A DNA stretch of 64,000 nucleotides from Pseudomonadota bacterium (GCA_046300175.1 JBKCMS010000087.1:9485-73484); one strand, 5' to 3'. Shown: positions 25,324 through 35,289, numbered from the stretch's first letter. The notes: a model not told the origin generated them from the sequence alone. Translations and numbers: made by a program.

Positions 25324-26292
25324 CTAGAGAGCATTACAAAGCTGTGGAGCCGGGGGAATGAAGCAGCCGGGAGGCCAGGAGATATCTTTTAATCCTTGCT
25401 TCATTAGCTGAAAACAATGCCGACACCGTTTGTCAAACCAGCTAAACTGCTCAAGGTGCTCTATACGCTTAGCAGCGGAGGAGGCGTACATGAATACTCT
25501 TCGCTCTTTTCGCGGTGGCTTGTATTCGTCTGTAACCACAAAACCCTCTATTCTTTGAGAAGGTGCTCTCTCCAGCTGCAGCTTCTGCTCCTCCTCTCGC
25601 ACGCGAGCAATAATCCTTCCTCTTACGCGCTCTATCTCAACCGGATCTGAGATACCGAATGCTTCAAGCCACCTAAATGGATAAATCTTAAGTATATTTT
25701 TCGGACGTATCGAAGCTTTTTCCCGAAGTGCCTCGATTGCTCTCAGCTCCTCAGACCACGATGGATTGCTCTCTGATAGGGCTTCTATGTCAGTCGCAAG
25801 TATCCAAGGAACCTCCTTTTCTATTACCGCGTGCACATCTGCCGGAGCGCTGAGGAATTCCTTCCAAGTGTTACACCCCTCGTAGTCATCAATAGAGCGG
25901 GCGAGCTTGGCGCGCACAGGATTTAAGAAGCTGTAGGCAAATCGTTCTATCGCTGCCTCTAAGTCGAGTACTTCTCCGAGAGTGCTCCTGTCGTGCCAGA
26001 GTCTTAGGTGTGATAGTCCCAGCAGCCGTTTGACAAAGTCAGTGAGGCGTTTTTTTAGCTGCCCATGGAATCGCGTCAGGCCTGTGGCATCGAGAGAAAA
26101 TAGTTGCATATGCGGGTGGTTAGCCATCCACACGTAGGCGCAAACAACAACCTGTTCGGTAGCCAGTAGCCGACCAATAATGCTCTCTAGCAGCACAGTT
26201 GTCAGCGCACGAGCGGGCAGCGGTAGCCCCTGAAACGCTCGAAAGCAAACATCGTATAGCCGCTTACTTCGGATCATTCTTCTTCTTCTCAT
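25324..26292 (-). CDS. REP-associated tyrosine transposase-like protein (RayT, Y1 HUH, IS200/IS605 superfamily) with a long C-terminal extension
   Basis: HUH motif in WMANHPHMQLF (compare MPNHVHLL). Catalytic-Tyr motif in FAYSFLNPVRAKLA (compare YIHxNPVRAGL). 322 aa. Confidence 0.8.
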   Translation of the reverse strand: MRRRRMIRSKRLYDVCFRAFQGLPLPARALTTVLLESIIGRLLATEQVVVCAYVWMANHPHMQLFSLDATGLTRFHGQLKKRLTDFVKRLLGLSHLRLWHDRSTLGEVLDLEAAIERFAYSFLNPVRAKLARSIDDYEGCNTWKEFLSAPADVHAVIEKEVPWILATDIEALSESNPSWSEELRAIEALREKASIRPKNILKIYPFRWLEAFGISDPVEIERVRGRIIARVREEEQKLQLERAPSQRIEGFVVTDEYKPPRKERRVFMYASSAAKRIEHLEQFSWFDKRCRHCFQLMKQGLKDISWPPGCFIPPAPQLCNAL

Positions 26293-26364
26293 ACTGCAGT
26301 ATTCGTAAAATTATCAAAAAAGTTGCGAGCGGTGCCTAAGTTATTTGAGCAGCAATATTTCTAG

Positions 26365-26501
26365 ACCCGACTCAAGTTGGGTGGCACACCCGACTCAAGT
26401 TGGGTGGCACCTAATTTGGGGGCTTTGGAGGGCACTGGATTGAGGTGAGGGCTTGGGAGCAGCAGATTCAGAGGTAGTCGAAATAAGTTAGGTGGCACCA
26501 G
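26365..26501 (+). repeat. Right flank repeats of the RayT gene: perfect 23-bp tandem duplication ending in GGTGGCAC, plus GGTGGCACCAG
   Basis: ACCCGACTCAAGTTGGGTGGCAC at 26365-26387 and again at 26388-26410. GGTGGCACCAG at 26491-26501. Confidence 0.85.
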
Positions 26502-26622
26502 TTTTGGGTTTGGGGCGGCGCCGAGGTTCGATTGGGGAAAAGTGGTGTTAGCAACTTTTTACCTCGCCCGTCGATATAGCTCATCGGGAGCTATTTTCCC
26601 CATTAACTAAACGGAGCACACC

Positions 26623-27372
26623 TTGTCAACGACTTCAGTATCGACCATAGAGGCTCAGATCACAGCTGTAATGCACGCCCTAAACAGCCTTCAAAATACG
26701 ATTACGGGTATGCAACAGACTTCGAGCACCGGTTACTATGATAATTCGCCGAATAATCATTTGCGTGTTCAGTTCGGCCAACGAACATTTGACTCCGAAG
26801 GGCTCGAAGCTCCCGGACCCTTTTTTTCAAGGACAATTACCTGGCCTAAACTAGGAAATAGTGGAGTGACCATTGGTCGAGGCTACGATATGGGACAGAG
26901 ATCATCCGAACAGATCATTCGCGAGCTGACAAGTGCTGGGATGAATCACCAGGACGCGCAATTTCTTGCCCGAGCTGCATTCAAACGTGGTACTGCGGCG
27001 CGCGACTTCGTCACAGCTAACAAAGGTCATGCTCCAGTAATGCCGCTGCAGGTCCAAAAACAGCTATTTGAAAAGATTACTACCCCCGAGATGATTAACG
27101 ACATTAAAAGAATATTTAGCAAACCTGACGTCACGAGTACTTATGGACGGGCATCCTGGGAAGCTCTGCCCAAGGCAGCAAAGGAGATCTTATTTGATCT
27201 TCGATACCGTGGAGATTACACCCCAACCACGCGCCGACTCATTCAGCCCCTCTTAGTTAACAACGATTACCAGGGGCTTCGGGAGCTGATCAACGACACA
27301 ACCTACTGGGCTGCTCGCGGCGTCCCCTCAGCCCGAATTCGAGATAGGCAGGAACTTGCAAAGGGACTCTAG
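26623..27372 (+). CDS. Lysozyme-like protein (GH24 / pesticin-type muramidase fold) without a signal peptide
   Basis: FDSEG...SGVTIGRGYDMG fits the EG...(S)G(V)TIG.G.D.G pattern of T4-lysozyme/pesticin-like domains. TTG start 6 nt after GGAG. Confidence 0.5.
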   Translation: MSTTSVSTIEAQITAVMHALNSLQNTITGMQQTSSTGYYDNSPNNHLRVQFGQRTFDSEGLEAPGPFFSRTITWPKLGNSGVTIGRGYDMGQRSSEQIIRELTSAGMNHQDAQFLARAAFKRGTAARDFVTANKGHAPVMPLQVQKQLFEKITTPEMINDIKRIFSKPDVTSTYGRASWEALPKAAKEILFDLRYRGDYTPTTRRLIQPLLVNNDYQGLRELINDTTYWAARGVPSARIRDRQELAKGL

Positions 27373-27436
27373 CATACGCTCATCCAACGGAACGCGTTTA
27401 TGATGGACAGTCAAGCTGGCTGTTTTTATTCCCTTC

Positions 27437-27697
27437 TTATTCACCTAGAACGTCATTTAGCAAACGTGCTAGCTCTTTATTCTTTTTAATTTCACTGAGT
27501 CGCGAGTGGAACAGAGACCAAAAAAGAGGCTGCGGTAATCTCTCACGATTACGAGCAAGTTTCAGAATCCGCTCCTGAAGATCGGAAATCTCTCTGGCTG
27601 TGGCAGATTTTTCGAAACTTGGACCACAATCAGCATCATCCGTGACTAAGCTGGATTGCTGGTTGCTAGGCATGTTCTGGCGTTTATCTTTCATCAC
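27437..27697 (-). CDS. Hypothetical small protein
   Basis: 86-aa ORF, charged and helical. No motif recognised. Confidence 0.35.
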   Translation of the reverse strand: MMKDKRQNMPSNQQSSLVTDDADCGPSFEKSATAREISDLQERILKLARNRERLPQPLFWSLFHSRLSEIKKNKELARLLNDVLGE

Positions 27698-27791
27698 CGT
27701 AATTATACAGCACTCAAAAAAAAGCGTCGAGAGAATAGTCGCCTAGCGACCTTGCCACCAATGCTAGCCGCCACATTCGGGGCTAAATCTG

Positions 27792-28139
27792 CTACTTTCG
27801 CCCCGGACACGCTTCGTAGAGCTGATCAAGTTTAGCGGCGACAATATAGTCATTCTCACTTAACCCATTCACCGTGTGTGTCCACAGCTCTACTATTACT
27901 TTGCGATAGAGTAGTTGTATATCCGGATGGTGGTCCTCCCGGTCGGCAACTTCACCGATGACCGGGACCCAGTTAGCGCCGTCCATATAGGCCTTGAAAC
28001 GATATTCACGAGATATCTTCCTGCCATCAACAACATTCCATCCAGGTATCTGCCTGCCCAGCTCAAGCATCTTTTCTGCAGAAAGAGGCGGACTACCCGC
28101 AGCTAGTGGCACACATTTTTTTAAAACAAGCGCTGTCAT
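27792..28139 (-). CDS. phhB: Pterin-4-alpha-carbinolamine dehydratase
   Basis: EDHHPDI motif, about 115 aa. Lies directly downstream of phhA with a 3-nt gap. Confidence 0.85.
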   Translation of the reverse strand: MTALVLKKCVPLAAGSPPLSAEKMLELGRQIPGWNVVDGRKISREYRFKAYMDGANWVPVIGEVADREDHHPDIQLLYRKVIVELWTHTVNGLSENDYIVAAKLDQLYEACPGRK

Positions 28140-28142
28140 TGG

Positions 28143-29027
28143 CTACTTTAGTTTGGTTTTAGTCTTGGGGAAATCTTTCCAGTACGCACCAGTCCCTTTT
28201 CGTAGTATACGATCACCGTCTACTAGTTCAAAAGGCGATAGCGTTGGCTTCTGGCGATACTCGTCGTAGAGCGGAACAAATGGACGCTCAACACAATCTT
28301 TAAAAAGACTCTCAAAGCTGTTAATCGAAAAATAGGTGGCCTGAAAATCATCAATATAATACCCAGTGCGTAGAACGCGCTCAAGGTTAAAATCAAGGAC
28401 GTTGGGTGAAGGATCGCTCATCACGTATCTCGCTTCTCCATACGAAGACATAATCCCAGCCCCGTAAACCTTAAAATCCCCGCCGCTTTTGATTAATCCA
28501 AACTCTATTGTGTACCAATTTAGACGGGCCAGGAACTTCACCCCCTTATGGTCCATCGCTTGTAGCCCACCCTCCCCGTATGCCTGCATATAATCCGCAT
28601 ACGCAGGATTACTCAACAGGGGCACATGCCCAAACACATCGTGAAAGATATCCGGCTCCTCTAGATAATCCAGCTGTTCAGGGGTTCGTATAAAAGTTCC
28701 TGCAGGGAACTGTCGATTAGCCAGCATAGAGAAGAACGGACGTGAAGCAATTAGCCCTGGAACTGGAAGCACTTCCCATCCTGTAGCACGTCGTAGGTGG
28801 GTATTTATCGAATCAAAATTCGGAACCTCATCGGCAGTTAGATGTAGAGTCTTTAGTCCGTCAAGGTACTCCTGGCATACACGCCCCTTCAAGGTCTCTA
28901 ACTGTCGCCTGTACAATGTGCCCCAGGTCTGATGGTCCTGCGCAGAGTACTTACCCCAGTCCTGTTCTATGACACACTCTTCGACTGTGCGAGCGTTTAG
29001 GACAGCGTGGCTCTTATCCTCTTCCAT
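28143..29027 (-). CDS. phhA: Phenylalanine-4-hydroxylase
   Basis: PDIFHDVFGHVPLL, YTIEFGL and 294 aa are typical of the bacterial monomeric PAH. Confidence 0.9.
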   Translation of the reverse strand: MEEDKSHAVLNARTVEECVIEQDWGKYSAQDHQTWGTLYRRQLETLKGRVCQEYLDGLKTLHLTADEVPNFDSINTHLRRATGWEVLPVPGLIASRPFFSMLANRQFPAGTFIRTPEQLDYLEEPDIFHDVFGHVPLLSNPAYADYMQAYGEGGLQAMDHKGVKFLARLNWYTIEFGLIKSGGDFKVYGAGIMSSYGEARYVMSDPSPNVLDFNLERVLRTGYYIDDFQATYFSINSFESLFKDCVERPFVPLYDEYRQKPTLSPFELVDGDRILRKGTGAYWKDFPKTKTKLK

Positions 29028-29266
29028 AGGTATTACTCGTAGGCAGAATGTAGGTGCGCGTGAGGGGAACTACTCTTCGCCTTTTAAGGATACCACCGTA
29101 CTTGATTAACGCACAAGCGACGATTGAATAACCTAGTGTTGGCGCACGGGCCGTGCGCTGCTTAACACCTGCTATGTTGCTATGCCCCCTCAATACACCT
29201 ATGGCAGACCACACCCACTACATTTCGTAGGAGGATTAAGAGGAACTTTAATAACTAAAGCCTTTT

Positions 29267-30310
29267 CTAGATTACACCAGAGCTCCATCGCTTGTAATCC
29301 TGCATAATCCTGAGCGCATATTGCATGCACTGCTTTGGGATCTTTCGCTTACCGCCAGCTGCAGAATCTACGTGTCCTGGACCCCAGTTGTACGCCACGA
29401 GAGCAAACACTCGATTCCCATGGTAAGTCCTTTCCAGATGCTTCAAGTATGAAATTCCCAATCTTAGATTGTGATCCGGATCGGTAAGCTTACCACGCGG
29501 AAGATCGTGTTTTTGAGACAGCCATGCCCCGGTAGCTGGCATTATCTGCATCAAACCTTGAGCTCCTTTGTGCGAGCGCGCCGATGAATTAAAGGTACTC
29601 TCCGTCTTCACAACTGCGGCAACAAAGAGTGGATCGACCCCTTGCCTGGCACTTTCTTGCACTATGGCCTGCGCCAACTGGCTTGGGTTTTGCTGTTTGG
29701 GCGCATACTTTCTTATGACTGAATGAACGCGCCCTACTACTGCTCGCAGCGAATGGTTAGGCAATTTATCCATCGGATCCCGAGTCGGAGAAATCGAAGG
29801 CGGCTTAGAACTCTCTATCTCTGCAGATGTCCCCGTGTGATAGCTTGCTAGACGCATAGATTGCGCCGCCGAAGGGCCAGCCGGCGCCGCCACCAAAAGC
29901 CCCTCCAAAAGCTTGTCACGTTGGGCTGTCACTTTTTTTATTTCGTGCTCAACGCGCGCCTGGCGCAAGGAACGAGACTGATTTCTTTCCGAGTCGAATT
30001 CAGAGTGACTCAAGCGGCTGGTTACAGCATTGTACATGGTACGCGACAACCGATCACTGAGAAGATAGTCAAAAGGCATCGCGATCAGTGAAAGCAATGC
30101 GCCACACGATATTCCAACAGTCACGAGCGCTATTAGACGAAGCTTATGGTGCGGCACTTGATACGATTGGGATTGATCGCTGTTTGCTGGGGCAGCAACA
30201 GGTATGATTCGACGACCGGAGCTTCGAATCACACGTCCACTAGGAGCAATCCTAATATTGCTACAGAGGTGCGCAGTATTCTCGCTATCTAGGGTCCGGG
30301 AGTTACCCAT
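29267..30310 (-). CDS. Membrane-anchored lytic transglycosylase (SLT domain)
   Basis: VKTESTFNSSARSHKGAQGLMQIMPATG and AYNWGPG. The ATG at 30310 has AAGGA 5 nt upstream. The ORF-track TTG is at 30334. Confidence 0.8.
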   Translation of the reverse strand: MGNSRTLDSENTAHLCSNIRIAPSGRVIRSSGRRIIPVAAPANSDQSQSYQVPHHKLRLIALVTVGISCGALLSLIAMPFDYLLSDRLSRTMYNAVTSRLSHSEFDSERNQSRSLRQARVEHEIKKVTAQRDKLLEGLLVAAPAGPSAAQSMRLASYHTGTSAEIESSKPPSISPTRDPMDKLPNHSLRAVVGRVHSVIRKYAPKQQNPSQLAQAIVQESARQGVDPLFVAAVVKTESTFNSSARSHKGAQGLMQIMPATGAWLSQKHDLPRGKLTDPDHNLRLGISYLKHLERTYHGNRVFALVAYNWGPGHVDSAAGGKRKIPKQCMQYALRIMQDYKRWSSGVI

Positions 30311-30484
30311 CTTTGTCCTTGCAAAATGAAGCAAACTACCCTCTCCTATCGCTTTGGACAGAGCGCCTGCTTCACTTGATATGCACGGCTAACCTACTGT
30401 AATTATTTACTAAGTATATTTTTCTCTGCCGCAATGGAGCATTCCACGCATATGGAGCTACCCCGGGGGTCAGAAACTGACAGA

Positions 30485-33418
30485 TTACGACAGCTCCAAG
30501 AGACCTAAAATCTCATCCTTTGTCAGCGACAGCGAACCGGATTCTCCAATCGCAGCTGAGAGCAAGGCACGCTTTGAATGCTGAATTTTTAGGATACGCT
30601 CCTCGATGGTATCCTTAGCTACCAAACGGTGTACGATCACTGGATTTTTCTGTCCAATTCGGTAAGCGCGATCTCCTGCCTGGTCTTCAGCTGCTGGATT
30701 CCACCAAGGATCGACGATATAGACATGGTCAGCGGCAGTCAGCGTAAGCCCTAGACCTCCTGCTTTAAGAGAAAGCAACATCACACGGGGACCATCATCG
30801 CTTTGAAAAGCATCCACTATATCTCCCCGACCCTCAGTAGTACCATCGATACGACAGAAGGATATTGAATGTTTGGCCAAATGAGGCTCTATAAGATTCA
30901 GAAATGATGTCCACTGAGAGAAGACAAGCGCTCGGTGCCCCTGAGCAATAGACGACTCGAGCGATTCAACTAATAGCTCGACTTTTGACGATGTCGGAGC
31001 ATCATGGCCAGGGAGTAGCCCAATGTGACAGCAGGCCTGACGCAGACGAAGCAACACCTCAAGAGCTGAAATCATGTTCGCACTGTCACTCAGCAGCTCG
31101 CGCAGCTGGCCTTTTGCCACTCCAAGTAAAGCGTCGTACGCGACTCTTTCACTCTCTGCCAACTCGCATTGAAGTACGACCTCTGTTTTAGGTGGTAGCT
31201 CTTGAGCCACATCTCGCTTCAGGCGTCGCATGATAAACGGGCTAACCCTTCGCCTTAGCTCAAGCGTGCACTCAGTATTGCCTGATAAGATGGGCTGCAC
31301 AAAACTACTCTGAAACTCTTGATATGAGCCGAGTAGTCCAGGATTAAGGAATCTAAACTGGCTCCAAAGGTCGTCAAGAGAATTCTCTACGGGGGTTCCA
31401 GATAGATTTAATCTCTGCTTGCTTCGCAACCGAAACGCAGCCTGCGCGACCTGGCTGTGCGGATTACGAATAGTTTGAGACTCATCGAGAATGACAGTAT
31501 CCCACTCGATACTCTCTAATACATCAAGATCGAGTCTTAGTAGTGCATAAGAAGTGATGGTAAGATTATCTTGATCACTGATAGATCGCTTTGCCCCGTG
31601 ATAGATTCCCACACGCAAATCAGGACGAAAATCCGCCGCCTGTTGTTTCCAACTGGCAAGCACTGAAGTAGGGCACACTACCAAAACACGTCCCTGCATC
31701 AAAGATAGTGCCTGGAGGGTCTTGCCAAGCCCCATATCGTCAGCAAGCAACGCTCCTAATCGGTGTTGATGTAAAAATGATATCCAATTGACTCCGACCC
31801 GCTGATAGCTCCTAAGCTTAGCTGTAAGAGCAGTTGGAAGCTGTGCAGCAGGAATACTATCTACATCACTCAATCCAGCTTTTAAGCGCGAGAAGTACTC
31901 TGGCGGTTCAACTGACAGAGCCTCACACAACTCGTGAACCTCGTTTACCATACGAGCGGGACAAGCCTCGAAATCAGTTTTAGCAGCGATAATACGTTCA
32001 ACAGCATGAGCATGATTCCGCAACCACTCAGTAGGTAAGGCCGCCCAGCTTCCGCTAGCGACCTGGAGGTAAGATTCGCCCTTGCGCCATGCCTCCAAAA
32101 CGGCTCGCGCTGAAACTGTTGTTTCTATCGGTCTGGCGTCTACTCCCTCACCTACAATGCCAAAACCCAACTGCAGGTCCCTATATTCGGCATGCGCCTG
32201 AGCAGATAGGACGCCTACCGGCGTGAAACGCTCCTTAGCGTCCCCTACAACCTCCCAACTTTGCAACTGTTGCAGCAATTGAACGGCCCTAACGCCCTTG
32301 ATAACGGATGCCTCGTTAACACTCAGGCCGAGCTTGAACAGAACTTCTCGCGCCAGCCGACCCTCTTCTGCCGGTTCACGAATCGGAATCTCACGTTGAT
32401 CTATCATCACCAATTCACCGTGGCGGATCTCTGCAATAGTCGGCATCCCATAGACAATACGCGGAATTACTGTTACGGAAGAGGCGTGGTCATCAGAAAG
32501 CGCCTCTATGACTACTCTCGGTGCCACTTTTCGAGCGCGTGGGAGTCTCCGGCTAAGAACACGCACCTCGATCTTTCCCTGCAGCTGCGGCACTATTCGT
32601 GTGGCTAATTCGATCGCATCTTCTCTATTAAAAACTGTCCCATACCCCCTTAGCATTTCTATATCTTCCATCCGCAGGGCTGAATCCTCCACAGAGTGAA
32701 GTGCCCCGTGGCATATTGCCGCCCCATTATCAAAGACCTCAGAGATTCCATCGATCGCTGCACGCCTTAGCAGAAATCCCTGTTCATCATCAACTACTTC
32801 GGCAACTACCGGTATCGGCTCAGCGCGAACGACAATACGCTCTCCATCAAGAAGCACCATTGGAACCCGCGAAAGAGCTGGAATCAGATAGCGCATAGTT
32901 TTGGGATCAAGGATGCCCTGACGGCTATGTGGCAGAACATGATCAACCCGCAAATCATAATCTGTAGGGATCACGGTCATCCCTTTTTTCTTGGCAGCGG
33001 CTAAGCCTTCGAGTAGCGAGCCAGTTATTGCTATTCGGTCATCACCGCAACAAACATATCGATTAAAGAGCAATGCAGTCCCCGACCGCGAAAATTCATG
33101 TTGCACTGCACCAAATGCGCGTTGACTAAAACCTCCACTGATAGGCAGTACCTTATCCTGCTTCAGAGCTAAAAGTGTGGCTACCACGTGACGGCACGGG
33201 TCTTCCTCCAACTCACAATCGCACTGCCATAACTCGCTGGCTTCCGATATTGATACAGAAACAATTCGGTCTCTTGGCCCCTGAATAATTCTAAAGTTGC
33301 GCTCTGCTGACGGGGATTCCTGTTCTTCGTGAAAAGTAGCGTTGCGCGCCAGCGCAACTCCAGCAGACCACGTTTGGGCCACTGCCATTTCCCGTACAAG
33401 TGCCAGGATACCTTCCAT
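30485..33418 (-). CDS. SNF2-family helicase with an N-terminal SWIM zinc finger
   Basis: SWIM CDCELEEDPCRHV, LADDMGLGKT, LDESQTIRN, LSGTPVEN and QAGDRAYRIGQ. Confidence 0.9.
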   Translation of the reverse strand: MEGILALVREMAVAQTWSAGVALARNATFHEEQESPSAERNFRIIQGPRDRIVSVSISEASELWQCDCELEEDPCRHVVATLLALKQDKVLPISGGFSQRAFGAVQHEFSRSGTALLFNRYVCCGDDRIAITGSLLEGLAAAKKKGMTVIPTDYDLRVDHVLPHSRQGILDPKTMRYLIPALSRVPMVLLDGERIVVRAEPIPVVAEVVDDEQGFLLRRAAIDGISEVFDNGAAICHGALHSVEDSALRMEDIEMLRGYGTVFNREDAIELATRIVPQLQGKIEVRVLSRRLPRARKVAPRVVIEALSDDHASSVTVIPRIVYGMPTIAEIRHGELVMIDQREIPIREPAEEGRLAREVLFKLGLSVNEASVIKGVRAVQLLQQLQSWEVVGDAKERFTPVGVLSAQAHAEYRDLQLGFGIVGEGVDARPIETTVSARAVLEAWRKGESYLQVASGSWAALPTEWLRNHAHAVERIIAAKTDFEACPARMVNEVHELCEALSVEPPEYFSRLKAGLSDVDSIPAAQLPTALTAKLRSYQRVGVNWISFLHQHRLGALLADDMGLGKTLQALSLMQGRVLVVCPTSVLASWKQQAADFRPDLRVGIYHGAKRSISDQDNLTITSYALLRLDLDVLESIEWDTVILDESQTIRNPHSQVAQAAFRLRSKQRLNLSGTPVENSLDDLWSQFRFLNPGLLGSYQEFQSSFVQPILSGNTECTLELRRRVSPFIMRRLKRDVAQELPPKTEVVLQCELAESERVAYDALLGVAKGQLRELLSDSANMISALEVLLRLRQACCHIGLLPGHDAPTSSKVELLVESLESSIAQGHRALVFSQWTSFLNLIEPHLAKHSISFCRIDGTTEGRGDIVDAFQSDDGPRVMLLSLKAGGLGLTLTAADHVYIVDPWWNPAAEDQAGDRAYRIGQKNPVIVHRLVAKDTIEERILKIQHSKRALLSAAIGESGSLSLTKDEILGLLELS

Positions 33419-33422
33419 CTCT

Positions 33423-34433
33423 CTAGGCCGCTAACCGTGGCTCCCTTTTTGGGAGTCCGACAATTTGATCAAGTAGGACGCTAAGTTCCCGAGTGTCATG
33501 GGCCCTCTTAATTGAGTCAAACCACGATATTGACCTGCGATGATGTGCGTAATTCAACCACTGCTTAACACGAGACAGCGTGCGCCGGTCTGATTCCTTT
33601 GCAGACCGCGAGTCGGAGACCAATTCATCAATCAGCTCGCGCCAAAGTGTATCCCCACACTGCGGCTGTCTCTTTGCTGTACAGGTTGAGATTTCGAGAT
33701 ACTCGGCACACGAGCGAACTAAATCAGGGTCTGATAGGGCGCCTCGCCCCAGCATAAAATGCTCGCATCCAGATTCGTCCTGGCACCTCTTTAGATCATC
33801 TAGACTCCATATCTCACCGTTGGCCACCACGGGTATATCGAGAGCTCGACGAACCTCACCGATCGGCTTCCAGTATGCAGGAGGAGTGTACCCCTGCATC
33901 TTCGTACGACCGTGGATTGTGATCCACGACGCACCACCCCTTGATGCGCGCTCCGAATTTAGAAAGATTGCGCTTGGATCATCCCAGCCTAGCCTTAGCT
34001 TTGCAGAAACCGGAATCGTCGCAGGTACTGCCGACCGAACCGCTGCGACGATAGTTTCTATCCGCTCAGGAAACTTTAGCAGGGTTGCCCCACCATCATG
34101 CCGGTTTACCGTCGGAGCTGGACAGCCGAAGTTTATGTCGATTACCAGTGCTCCCTCAGCCACGGCGATCGCCGCAGATCGCGCCATTCGCTCGGGATCT
34201 CCCCCAAGAATCTGTACACCTACTTGCGTTCCTGATGGGGTCCTCGCTCCAAGAGCAATCTCTGGTACTTCCTTCCTAAAAACATGTCGTGGCACCACCG
34301 ACTGCGAAACCCGGACAAATTCGCTTACGCAATACGAAAAAGGCATATGACGAGTCAACAGCGTGCGCATGAGCGCATCTGTCACCCCATCCATGGGAGC
34401 TAGTATAAGCGCCGGTTTGCCTTTGGTGATCAC
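33423..34433 (-). CDS. tRNA-dihydrouridine synthase
   Basis: LAPMDGVTD, IDINFGCP and HGRT motifs. GTG start. Confidence 0.85.
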   Translation of the reverse strand: MITKGKPALILAPMDGVTDALMRTLLTRHMPFSYCVSEFVRVSQSVVPRHVFRKEVPEIALGARTPSGTQVGVQILGGDPERMARSAAIAVAEGALVIDINFGCPAPTVNRHDGGATLLKFPERIETIVAAVRSAVPATIPVSAKLRLGWDDPSAIFLNSERASRGGASWITIHGRTKMQGYTPPAYWKPIGEVRRALDIPVVANGEIWSLDDLKRCQDESGCEHFMLGRGALSDPDLVRSCAEYLEISTCTAKRQPQCGDTLWRELIDELVSDSRSAKESDRRTLSRVKQWLNYAHHRRSISWFDSIKRAHDTRELSVLLDQIVGLPKREPRLAA

Positions 34434-34438
34434 AGTGA

Positions 34439-35242
34439 CTACCGATTGATAGCCTCAGAGCTACCAGCAGTAAACACCTCCTGCAGCTCCGCCTTAACTA
34501 GCGGTGCGACCGCTTCGCTGGGCACCCTTACCCGCGTCTCTCCCAGTGCGTACGGAGCAACTTCATACGGGTTGTATTGAATCTCCATACCTCTATCAGT
34601 AAGGGCAAAATTCTCGCCTAAAGGCAACTCCTGCCCGGGCAAGATAAAAAATCCCGCATCCTGCAACGACTGACCTAAACGGATCGACCGTGCACGCCTG
34701 AATTCCGCCTCTACCACCTTTGAAAGTGTCCGCTGCGACTGATCAGCCACTACATCAGTGACACCAAGACGTTGTCCAGTCTGGGAATCAAAGGTCATAA
34801 GCATACGATCATTAAACCCGTGAGCTCCTCCAAGGTATCCTTGATTAGTGACTTCACATGAGGTGATCTTCTTGTCGCTGTAGAGTAACAACGCCTTCCG
34901 AGTAAGCTTCCAATCAACAGGCGCGTCGCTCAATCCATCGTACTCCCTTAGCCTTTCCTCCAGCTCGCCTAATAATGACTTCAAGCTTGGGGTCTTTGTT
35001 TCTATATCGAGCGGCGCGTAAAGAACCTGTCGCAACTCCCCTTTTATAACCTCACGAGCGGAGGGAGATACAGTATGAGGAAGTTCAGGCAGACCATCGA
35101 TATCAACCGCCACACATGGCTCTGGAGAGCATGGACCAAGCGTCTTCTTGAGCGGACCTTCAGCCCCGCCACCAGTAACACTAAAACATCCAGCTAAGCA
35201 GCTAACTGCGGCAACCAGAACCAGACCAATAGTGGCTCTCAT
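34439..35242 (-). CDS. Lipoprotein with DUF3298/DUF4163-like (RsiV/PdaC-type) domains
   Basis: Lipobox LAGC. GYLGGAHGFN and QYNPYEVAPYA are typical of DUF3298. Confidence 0.55.
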   Translation of the reverse strand: MRATIGLVLVAAVSCLAGCFSVTGGGAEGPLKKTLGPCSPEPCVAVDIDGLPELPHTVSPSAREVIKGELRQVLYAPLDIETKTPSLKSLLGELEERLREYDGLSDAPVDWKLTRKALLLYSDKKITSCEVTNQGYLGGAHGFNDRMLMTFDSQTGQRLGVTDVVADQSQRTLSKVVEAEFRRARSIRLGQSLQDAGFFILPGQELPLGENFALTDRGMEIQYNPYEVAPYALGETRVRVPSEAVAPLVKAELQEVFTAGSSEAINR

Positions 35243-35289
35243 ATTATTGTCTCCCTGCCCCTAAAATTCGCTGATCTACTAATGTGTTA

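Noticed and set aside
25114-26501. Reading the 11-bp inverted repeats around the HUH gene as the TIRs of a classical DDE-type insertion sequence
   Set aside because: The encoded protein has Y1 HUH motifs and not DDE motifs. Y1 elements do not use TIRs. The repeated multi-copy flank motifs fit the REPtron model better.
33580-34350. 256-aa plus-strand ORF antisense to the dihydrouridine synthase gene. Similar long antisense or alternative-frame ORFs occur at 43971..44648, 619..1152, 923..1249, 49896..50291, 50446..50974, 51133..51681 and 39496..39984.
   Set aside because: Each lies wholly inside a gene with clear family motifs on the other strand or frame. The products are low-complexity Ser/Arg/Pro-rich. 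This is typical of shadow ORFs.
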